From Bacteroidales bacterium (GTDB lineage: Bacteria > Bacteroidota > Bacteroidia > Bacteroidales > UBA4417), in assembly GCA_030654075.1 (NCBI GenBank), contig JAURYB010000172.1, positions 3,285 through 67,284 of the forward strand: 64,000 nt of DNA. The letters run 5' to 3'. Positions 57,224 to 64,000 of this stretch are shown in pieces (position 1 is the stretch's first letter; every line of letters starts with the position of its first letter). The notes under the pieces are model-generated. The model saw nothing but the letters and a program-made list of their open reading frames with translations. It was not told where the DNA came from and made no database searches. A program made the position numbers and the translations under genes.

Positions 57224-57265
57224 TGTAGGAAATATTCTAAATATCTTGTAGGAAAATTCCTACAA
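57224..57265. promoter_or_regulatory. 20-bp perfect palindrome TTGTAGGAAAATTCCTACAA plus an extra TGTAGGAAA half-site
   Basis: Palindrome at 57246-57265, read as a 7-2-7 arrangement GTAGGAA-AA-TTCCTAC. Additional direct half-site at 57224-57232. Lies 25 bp after the response-regulator stop. May be a binding site or a weak terminator. Confidence 0.4.
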
Positions 57266-57289
57266 ATGCACTTCGCTGGATATTTTTTT

Positions 57290-57919
57290 TCAGGAAAGAT
57301 TATTGTCTTTAGCAAACTGTAAAAGTTGCGCCATGTTTTTAAGATGAAGTTTCTTCATACAACGGATGCGATACGTGTAAATGGTTTTCACACTGAGGGT
57401 TAACGATTTTGAGATTTCTGTAAGAGTTTCGCCGGCAGCAAGTCTCATAAGCACAAAGTATTCGCGATCCGACAGCGCTTTCATCACATCGCCGGTTTCT
57501 TTTTTTCGTACTTCATTAACTAAAAGTTCCGCAACATTTTCAGTAATATATTGTTTCCCCGACAGCATACGGTTAATGGCGCCAATCAGATCATCAGCTG
57601 CCCGCGACTTAGTAAGGTATCCTTTGGCACCTGCTTTTAATGCCCGCAAAGCCATTTGGTCTTCCGCATACATGCTGAGGACAAGAATTGGTATTCCTGA
57701 ATTATTCGACAACACATCTACTATAAAATCGAGACCTGATCGTCCGGGCATGTTGATATCAAGGATCACCATATCCCATTTTTCAGTATTGAGTTTTACC
57801 AGAGCTTCAGCACTGTTGCTTGCCTCACTGCATTCTGATTTCTCAAAAGCATTGGTAATGATCATTTTAACTCCCTGACGAAAAATGCTGTGGTCGTCGA
57901 CAATAAGAAATTTATACAT
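57290..57919 (-). CDS. response regulator, NarL/FixJ (LuxR-type HTH) family
   Basis: 209 aa. REC domain (IVDDH, phospho-Asp in MVILDINMPG, KGYLTK) plus C-terminal LuxR HTH (LSDREYFVLMRLAAGETLTEISKSLTLSVKTIYTYR). Confidence 0.9.
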   Translation of the reverse strand: MYKFLIVDDHSIFRQGVKMIITNAFEKSECSEASNSAEALVKLNTEKWDMVILDINMPGRSGLDFIVDVLSNNSGIPILVLSMYAEDQMALRALKAGAKGYLTKSRAADDLIGAINRMLSGKQYITENVAELLVNEVRKKETGDVMKALSDREYFVLMRLAAGETLTEISKSLTLSVKTIYTYRIRCMKKLHLKNMAQLLQFAKDNNLS

Positions 57920-58049
57920 ATGCTTTCCGCTAATATGAATTTATGTTTTTAATGTATTGGAATATAGAGGTATATGGAAAGAATGATTTGGATGCGCTTG
58001 CCTTAATACTTTAATTTCCATTCTCTTTTTCTGGACATTTAACGGAATG

Positions 58050-59405
58050 CTATTCTTCATTGATTTTGGCTACAGGCACTTTAAGATGAATGCTTGTTCC
58101 TTTTCCATCGATTCCCTTAAATGTGATACTTCCTTTCATTCCTGCAATTCTTTCCCGCATACCAATAATTCCAAAAGACCTGTGATCGTTAATTTTTTCC
58201 TGGCTCACGCCTATGCCGTTATCTCTCATGGTAATTGAAAACGAAGAAGGGGTTCCCGAAATCTTAGCTGCTACGTAAGATGCCTGTGAGTGATTGCGGA
58301 TATTAGTCAAGGCTTCCTGTATTACCCGATAAATAGCATAACCTGATTCATTGTCAATCGAGAAATTATCTTCCTGTATCCTGATATCACAGGTTATACC
58401 GGTTCGTTTCTGGAATTCATCGAACAGGTGTTTTATTGCCGGAATCAAACCCATATTACCAGGTAACACCGGCCTGAGTTCCACAATGATAGAAGTTACA
58501 GCATTCATACTTTGCTCTACCAGATGTAAAAGGGAACCAACAGGATCATGTGATTTGGGATTCAGCTTATCAGGACTTTCTTTCCACGAAATCAGTTCAA
58601 TTTTCATGGTTGAAAGCAATTGTGCCAGGTCATCATGAATAATCCTGGCTATACTGAGCCGTTCATCTTCCCTGACTTTCTGTAGGTAAGCGTATAATAA
58701 CTTATAATCATGCAATGACTTTTTTAACTGCTTCTGCGAAGATTTACGCTTGATTAATTCAGATAAAATTGAAAGGTTTAAGTTTTCGAGTTCCTGTGTT
58801 CGGTCTTTAACTTCCTGCTGCAGCCTTTTTTCAGATTGAAACAATATTTCCTCAGCCTGCTTCTGTTCCGAAATATCAACAGCAGATAACAGGCATTCAC
58901 CATCGGCCTCGCTGGCTATGGCACTTAAGTGAACATATGTTGGTTCTCCGTCTTTTCCTGACAATTCAACTTCGCAAGTTTCTTTTTTATTGCTTTTAAA
59001 AGCTTTAGACAGAAAGAATTTAAATTTTGGTCGTGTCTCCTCCGAAATATAATATCCGAATACTGTATTCAATACTAATGAACGTTCATGACCGAGAAGA
59101 TTAGCTCCACTGATGTTAAGCATAATGATTTCACCACTCCTGTCCAGGGTAAAGTATCCTGATGGCGCAAAATCATAAAGCTGAGTATATTTAGATGCGG
59201 CGCTTTCAGCAACTTGCTTTTTTGCAAGTTCCAGTTCATCGTTCTGCATTTTAAGTTCTTCCTGGTATACCTGCAGCTCGTGGATAAGTTTCAGTGCATC
59301 AGCCTTTGAGAGCTGCGGACCTGCATCGTAAGACTTGTGTTTCAGAGAATCTTCAGCCTTTTGCCTGAGTGTTGGCTCTATATGTAGCTTATTGCTTTTC
59401 TTCAT
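58050..59405 (-). CDS. cytoplasmic PAS-domain sensor histidine kinase (HisKA_3/NarX-type)
   Basis: 451 aa, no TM segment. Coiled-coil LIHELQVYQEELKMQNDELE, PAS region, H-box RIIHDDLAQLL, HATPase_c (NIRNHS, DNGIG, GIIGMRER). Confidence 0.88.
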   Translation of the reverse strand: MKKSNKLHIEPTLRQKAEDSLKHKSYDAGPQLSKADALKLIHELQVYQEELKMQNDELELAKKQVAESAASKYTQLYDFAPSGYFTLDRSGEIIMLNISGANLLGHERSLVLNTVFGYYISEETRPKFKFFLSKAFKSNKKETCEVELSGKDGEPTYVHLSAIASEADGECLLSAVDISEQKQAEEILFQSEKRLQQEVKDRTQELENLNLSILSELIKRKSSQKQLKKSLHDYKLLYAYLQKVREDERLSIARIIHDDLAQLLSTMKIELISWKESPDKLNPKSHDPVGSLLHLVEQSMNAVTSIIVELRPVLPGNMGLIPAIKHLFDEFQKRTGITCDIRIQEDNFSIDNESGYAIYRVIQEALTNIRNHSQASYVAAKISGTPSSFSITMRDNGIGVSQEKINDHRSFGIIGMRERIAGMKGSITFKGIDGKGTSIHLKVPVAKINEE

Positions 59406-59643
59406 AAATTACATTTTTACCAAACTTCGCACTTTTTATTTTACACTGATAAATTACACGTATTAGTCTCTTCACTGAAATATACAAATAGTGTTACAGG
59501 AATCGACTGCTCTAATCTCAAAAAAAATGTTTTAAGTTCGATAGCACAAAGCTAGTTCAATACTATATACAAGTTCCCGGCCACATTCATTTTGTTTTTG
59601 TCAGCCGGTTTTAATTTTGTTCCTCACAAACTGAAAAATAATA

Positions 59644-59934
59644 TTACTGTGTTGCTTTTAACCTGCCAACTCTTTGCATCAATGAAAGCTTATGCTCTTC
59701 GTCCGTGCTGTTGGGGTCTTTCATTTCGCGAAACATTTTACATGGCAACTCTGCGCAGTTGCCGCAACTCTTAAATCCTTTGCCGTTCACTGAACAATTA
59801 AACAACGGGCACGTTTGATCAGGCATCATTTCTTTTGCCCAGAAAGTCTGCCCTTTAACGGCATTACAGCCATTACATTCCTTGCCGTAAAATTCGCATT
59901 CGTCGCAGATTAATCCACAAGCGGAGAGTATCAT
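59644..59934 (-). CDS. Cys-rich DUF3795-family protein
   Basis: 96 aa from ATG 59934. ACGLICDECEFYGKECNGC...CPLFNC...CGNCAELPC pattern. Confidence 0.65.
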   Translation of the reverse strand: MILSACGLICDECEFYGKECNGCNAVKGQTFWAKEMMPDQTCPLFNCSVNGKGFKSCGNCAELPCKMFREMKDPNSTDEEHKLSLMQRVGRLKATQ

Positions 59935-60111
59935 GGTTAAAATATTTATATACAAATTTAGTTTCTTTCTTTACTGTATCATGAGTAGGTTGAATAAAAT
60001 TATATAGTTTTCTGGATTTAAAAATAAAGCGGAGTAATGAATACAGCCATTTTGCCGCCTGAAAATTACAGATGCATCGCTGATACCATACTTCATGTTA
60101 AAGAATATCTG

Positions 60112-60119
60112 TATATTTG
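60112..60119 (+). promoter_or_regulatory. Bacteroidota-type -7 promoter box TATATTTG for the thr operon
   Basis: Matches TAnnTTTG. 23 nt upstream of the leader-peptide ATG. Confidence 0.45.
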
Positions 60120-60141
60120 CAGATAAGAACTTTAAATAACG

Positions 60142-60189
60142 ATGAATTACTCAGAAACTGAATTTACTTTTAATACAACCCAACCTTAA
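60142..60189 (+). CDS. candidate thr operon leader peptide MNYSETEFTFNTTQP
   Basis: 15 codons with 4 Thr (ACT, ACT, ACA, ACC; the last two are adjacent). The final codons overlap stem segment 1 (CAACCC) of a predicted attenuator. Confidence 0.4.
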   Translation: MNYSETEFTFNTTQP

Positions 60190-60221
60190 GCGGGTTGAGA
60201 CGGAATGCTTTTAAAATGCGC

Positions 60222-60256
60222 GCCTTTCTCAACATCAGGGAAAGGCATTTTTTTTG
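60222..60256 (+). terminator. intrinsic terminator (attenuator) 25 nt upstream of thrA
   Basis: Stem GCCTTTCTC / GGGAAAGGC (60222-60230 / 60238-60246, one G-T pair), 7-nt loop, then ATTTTTTTTG. Confidence 0.7.
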
Positions 60257-60281
60257 TCTGAATCGAAAAACCTGAATTATT

Positions 60282-62738
60282 ATGCGAATATTAAAATTTG
60301 GCGGCTCATCCATTGCGACTCCCGAACGGATTAAAAATGTGATTGCTATAGTAAAGCAGTATCATTCCTTATATACTGATATTACGTTGGTTGTATCGGC
60401 ACAGGGAGGTGTAACGGATCAATTGGTGAAATTGTGTGAGTCGATCCCCACAGATAAAGTAAGTTGCGAGTCAAACATACTTGAGATAGAGCAAAGGCAT
60501 CTTAATTCGATTAAGGAACTGCTGCCAATGGCTCAGCAACCTTCGGCAATGGCTGAAGTAATGGCCATCTGTAATGAGTTGGCAGGAATTGCCAAAGGCG
60601 CTTCGCTGGTAGGTGAATTAACGTTACGAACCCGCGACCTTATTTTGAGCTTTGGCGAACGACTTTCAGCATTTGTAATCACTCACGCTTTAAAATCTGA
60701 AATTAATACAGTAAATTATACAGATGCCCGCATCCTGGTTAAAACCGATGCAAATTTTGGATACGCCAAAGTTGATTTTGAACTCAGCAACCGCTTAATT
60801 CAGGAGTACTATGCGGCAAATAAAGGATTAAATGTCGTTACCGGTTTTATTGGCAGCACATCCAACGGACAAACAACAACTCTGGGGCGCAGTGGTTCGG
60901 ATTATACAGCTTCCATTATAGGCGCCGCCTTAAAAGCTGATGCTATCGAAATATGGACGGATGTAGACGGAGTTATGACTGCCGATCCCCGTTTTGTTAA
61001 GGAAGCGCAAAGTATCGAACAGTTATCGTACAACGAAGCGATGGAAATAACCCATTTCGGAGCTAAAGTCATATTCCCTGCTACCATGCAGCCAGCTATG
61101 GCGAAAGAAATACCGATTCTGGTAAAAAACACATTTAATCCATCGCACAAAGGCACACTGATTTGTAGTGAATCAGGAAAAGGTACCGGTTTTATCAAAG
61201 GAATCTCTTCGCTGCGTGATATTTGCCTTATTAATATCGAAGGTAGCGGAATGGTCGGCGTTGCCGGGGTTTCGGCTCGTATGTTCAGGGTTTTGGCCCA
61301 GCACCAGATCAGTGTTATTCTGATCAGCCAGGCATCATCGGAACATTCCATATGCATTGGTTTGCTCCAGGAAGAGGCTGAACAGGCCTGTCATTTATTG
61401 AGAAAAACTTTTTCCGAAGAACTGCATGCCGGTTTAATCTCTGATATTTATTATGAAGGAGAACTGGCCGTAGTAGCCGTTGTTGGAGAGAATATGCGGA
61501 AAATGCCGGGAGTCTCAGCCCGCGTTTTTGGCCCCTTAGGCCGGAACGGAATTAATGTAAAAGCAATTTGCCAGGGCAGTTCCGAGCTGAATATTTCAAT
61601 CGTTATTGAACAGAAAAATTTAAAAAAGGCGTTGCGCGTTCTGCACCAATCGTTGTTTAACTATGAGCTTTTACAGTTGCACCTTTATATTATCGGTACC
61701 GGTGTAATTGGCAGTAAATTACTCGAAATGATTGAAAATCAGAAAGAATCACTTTCGGAACAAAAAATTCTGCTTAAAATTTGTGGTATTTGTAACAGCC
61801 GCAAAATGATTGTTGGTGAAGATGATATTGCTATTTCAGACTGGAAAAATTCCCTGGAAAAAGATTTCCAAAGATCGGATCTGGGGCAACTTACCGAAAG
61901 TATTATTTCCCAGAATCTTGAAAATAGTGTATTTATTGATGTTACAGCATCCGATGAGCCGGTTAAATATTACAACGAACTGCTCTCGAACAACATAGCG
62001 ATAGTAACAGCTAACAAGCGGGCTAATACGCAAAACATGCTTCAATATAACCTGTTACACGCTTCAGCGAAAAAACGAAATACTCCGTTTCACTACGAAA
62101 CTAACGTTGGTGCCGGATTGCCGGTAATCAACGTATTGCAAAGCCTGATTAACAGTGGCGACCAGGTTAATAAAATTGAAGCTGTACTTTCGGGCACAAT
62201 GAACTACCTTTTATCAGAATACGATGGACAGAAACCTTTCAGCGAACTCGTGCAATATGCGAAGGACAATAGCTACAGCGAACCTGATCCCCGCGACGAT
62301 CTCAGCGGAACGGACGTGGCCCGCAAATGCCTTATCCTTGCCAGGGAATGCGGCTGGGCAATTGAAGAGTCGGATATTGAGGTTGAACCTTTGATGTCGG
62401 CTGAGAGTGCCGCCGCGAAAGATATTCCCGCCTTTTTTGCTGAATTGAAGAATTATGACCAGCCTTTTCATCAGCGGTTTGAGGCAGCAAAAGCAAAAGG
62501 TAAACGCCTGCGTTACGTTGCGAAAATCGAAGGTGGTAAAGCCAAGGTTTCGGTGATGGAGGTGGACGACACGCATGCTTTTTACAGCTTACGCGGCACT
62601 GAAAATTGCATCAGCCTTACTACAAAATATTACCAGCAATACCCGATGGTTATCAAAGGCCCGGGTGCAGGAGTGAACGTTACTTCAGCGGGAGTTTTGG
62701 CGGATATTGTCCGGATTGCCGAAGGTTTGAAACGTTAA
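60282..62738 (+). CDS. thrA: bifunctional aspartokinase / homoserine dehydrogenase
   Basis: 818 aa. MRILKFGGSS aspartokinase N-terminus, two ACT regions, homoserine dehydrogenase half (IIGTGVIGS..., NVGAGLPVI). Confidence 0.93.
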   Translation: MRILKFGGSSIATPERIKNVIAIVKQYHSLYTDITLVVSAQGGVTDQLVKLCESIPTDKVSCESNILEIEQRHLNSIKELLPMAQQPSAMAEVMAICNELAGIAKGASLVGELTLRTRDLILSFGERLSAFVITHALKSEINTVNYTDARILVKTDANFGYAKVDFELSNRLIQEYYAANKGLNVVTGFIGSTSNGQTTTLGRSGSDYTASIIGAALKADAIEIWTDVDGVMTADPRFVKEAQSIEQLSYNEAMEITHFGAKVIFPATMQPAMAKEIPILVKNTFNPSHKGTLICSESGKGTGFIKGISSLRDICLINIEGSGMVGVAGVSARMFRVLAQHQISVILISQASSEHSICIGLLQEEAEQACHLLRKTFSEELHAGLISDIYYEGELAVVAVVGENMRKMPGVSARVFGPLGRNGINVKAICQGSSELNISIVIEQKNLKKALRVLHQSLFNYELLQLHLYIIGTGVIGSKLLEMIENQKESLSEQKILLKICGICNSRKMIVGEDDIAISDWKNSLEKDFQRSDLGQLTESIISQNLENSVFIDVTASDEPVKYYNELLSNNIAIVTANKRANTQNMLQYNLLHASAKKRNTPFHYETNVGAGLPVINVLQSLINSGDQVNKIEAVLSGTMNYLLSEYDGQKPFSELVQYAKDNSYSEPDPRDDLSGTDVARKCLILARECGWAIEESDIEVEPLMSAESAAAKDIPAFFAELKNYDQPFHQRFEAAKAKGKRLRYVAKIEGGKAKVSVMEVDDTHAFYSLRGTENCISLTTKYYQQYPMVIKGPGAGVNVTSAGVLADIVRIAEGLKR

Positions 62739-62794
62739 ATGTCGGATGTCGGATGTCGGATGTCGGATGTTTGATGTTTGATGTCGGATGTTTG
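62739..62794. repeat. period-7 tandem array ATGTYKG x8 between thrA and thrB
   Basis: atgtcgg x4, atgtttg x2, atgtcgg, atgtttg, starting immediately after the thrA stop codon. Confidence 0.9.
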
Positions 62795-62861
62795 CTCCTT
62801 CCTTCTTCCACCTTACACTCCTCTAATTCTTCCCGGAAATCATCAAAACACTACTTTTTTT

Positions 62862-63815
62862 ATGACCAACTACAAATCAGTAACAGCTTTTGCCCCGGCA
62901 AGTGTAGCCAATGTGGGTTGCGGTTTCGATATAATGGGCTTTGCCGTGCAGGGAATAGGTGATACTGTTACTGTCACTTTACAACCCGATTCCGATAATT
63001 CCGAAATAACTTTAACTGGTACATACGGCCATTTAACACCAACCGAAAGAAGTAAAAATACGGCTGGGGTGGCAATTAATGCGTATTTGCAGGCAATTGG
63101 CAAAAGTGATATTGGTCTCAATATAACCCTTCAGAAAAACATGCCATTAGGAAGTGGTATGGGAAGCAGTGCGGCGAGTTCAGCTGCGGCGGTTTACGCT
63201 GTAAATCATTTATTAGGTAGTCCTTTAAGTACAAAAGAGTTAATTCCATTTACCATGGAAGGCGAGCGCGTTGCCTGCGGGTCAGCTCATGCCGATAATG
63301 TGGCACCGGCCTTGCTGGGTGGTTTTGTACTCATCCGTAGTTATGATCCCCTGGACATCATTTCCGTGAAAGGTCCGGATGATTTGTTTGCGGCTGTCGT
63401 TCATCCGCATATTGAACTGAATACTTCAGATTCAAGACGGGTATTAAATAAAGAAGTTTCTGTTGCTGATGCAATTATACAGAGTGCCAATACAGCCGGT
63501 TTTATGGTTGCGTTGATCAAGAGCGATTATGAATTGATGAAACGTTCCATGTCCGATCTCTTAGCCGAACCCAGGCGAACACAACTTATTCCCGGCTATG
63601 ACGCGATTAAAAATGCCGCTATGGAAGCAGGTGCAATTGGTTGCGGAATTGCAGGTTCGGGGCCATCGATTTTCGCACTCTGCAAAGGAGAAACTACGGC
63701 AAAGCAGGTTGCAAAAATCATCCGGGATGGTTTCACAAACATTGGGCTTTTCAATGAAGGCTATGTCTCACAATTAAATGCACCGGGAACTGTCATAATT
63801 GATTCAGTCGAATAG
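62862..63815 (+). CDS. thrB: homoserine kinase
   Basis: 317 aa from ATG 62862 (MTNYKSVTAFAPASVANVGCGFDIMG). GHMP motif PLGSGMGSSAAS. The track start at 62778 lies inside the repeat array. Confidence 0.9.
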   Translation: MTNYKSVTAFAPASVANVGCGFDIMGFAVQGIGDTVTVTLQPDSDNSEITLTGTYGHLTPTERSKNTAGVAINAYLQAIGKSDIGLNITLQKNMPLGSGMGSSAASSAAAVYAVNHLLGSPLSTKELIPFTMEGERVACGSAHADNVAPALLGGFVLIRSYDPLDIISVKGPDDLFAAVVHPHIELNTSDSRRVLNKEVSVADAIIQSANTAGFMVALIKSDYELMKRSMSDLLAEPRRTQLIPGYDAIKNAAMEAGAIGCGIAGSGPSIFALCKGETTAKQVAKIIRDGFTNIGLFNEGYVSQLNAPGTVIIDSVE

Positions 63816-63965
63816 AAAAAGATATTCGGAATCAGGATTTAGGCTTTAGCGGAAAGCCAATACGCATTGCCTTTACTATGCTGACGATAGTAATTTAGAC
63901 ACTTTAGCCTTTTCAGGCACTTAAATTCAGAAGCATAAATCTCTTAACACGGTTAACATCACAAT

Positions 63966-64000
63966 ATGAATTACTACGACATAAAAAATCCTGATCAAAA
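63966..64000 (+). CDS. thrC: 5' end of probable threonine synthase (truncated by window end)
   Basis: ATG at 63966 (MNYYDIKNPDQ...). Its position after thrA-thrB and the M-x-YY start are typical of thrC. Only 11 codons are visible. Confidence 0.4.
   Translation, partial: MNYYDIKNPDQ

Noticed and set aside
57381-57878. Long antisense ORFs inside well-supported genes (165 aa here; also 39031-39564, 42609-43073, 60902-61357, 50443-50998, 37807-38214, 34483-34866).
   Set aside because: They lie wholly within strongly supported genes on the opposite strand or in another frame. Their products are low-complexity Ser/Leu/Arg-rich with no motifs. They are typical shadow ORFs.
62778-62861. N-terminal 28-codon extension of thrB given by the ORF track.
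   Set aside because: The extension starts inside the heptamer array and encodes non-conserved sequence. The conserved homoserine kinase N-terminus (MTNYKSVTAFAPASVANVGCGFD) begins at ATG 62862.

Overview
Chromosomal 64-kb window from what looks like a Bacteroidota genome. That assignment is an inference from gene content and signals: divergent tamB/tsaD pair, BatA-type protein, PBP1C, ParC with acidic N-terminus, TAnnTTTG -7 promoter boxes, no obvious Shine-Dalgarno sites, roughly 40% GC by eye. I can support about 50 protein-coding genes, one nonsense-interrupted pseudogene and one gene-fragment pseudogene. I recognised no rRNA, tRNA or CRISPR. Most genes are housekeeping or stress related: S41 protease, rhomboid, CDF transporter plus HMA protein, Fe-type SOD, M23 peptidase, MFS/DMT transporters, ABC-F ATPase, PBP1C, AddA-like helicase-nuclease, TamB, TsaD, PpnP, flavodiiron protein, ParC, a NarL-type two-component system and thrA-thrB-thrC. 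The stand-out is the first 16 kb, a haem-rich respiratory island. It holds an ImcH/NapC-like 7-haem membrane cytochrome and a 5-gene Cbc/Hmc-like operon with two translationally coupled gene pairs (7-haem cytochrome c, dihaem cytochrome b, Tat-exported NrfC-like ferredoxin, NrfD-like subunit, unknown anchored beta-rich protein) with no catalytic reductase subunit. It also holds a class I cytochrome c and two paralogous modules that pair small PSCyt1-like haem lipoproteins with predicted outer-membrane beta-barrels. These sit around an FNR-like regulator with matching TGAT-N4-ATCA palindromes. I propose the island as a candidate trans-envelope (porin-cytochrome-like) electron conduit; this is a hypothesis from architecture only. 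Other notable points: a NifS-SelD fusion next to SelU; a MazF toxin-antitoxin cassette bracketed by a 218-bp duplication of the helicase 5' end; a TamB signal-anchor encoded upstream of any canonical start codon; a Thr-codon leader peptide and attenuator before thrA; an ABC-F protein with a degenerate second ATP site; MITE-like elements; a 4-unit hairpin array; and many period-7 degenerate micro-repeat arrays in intergenic spacers.
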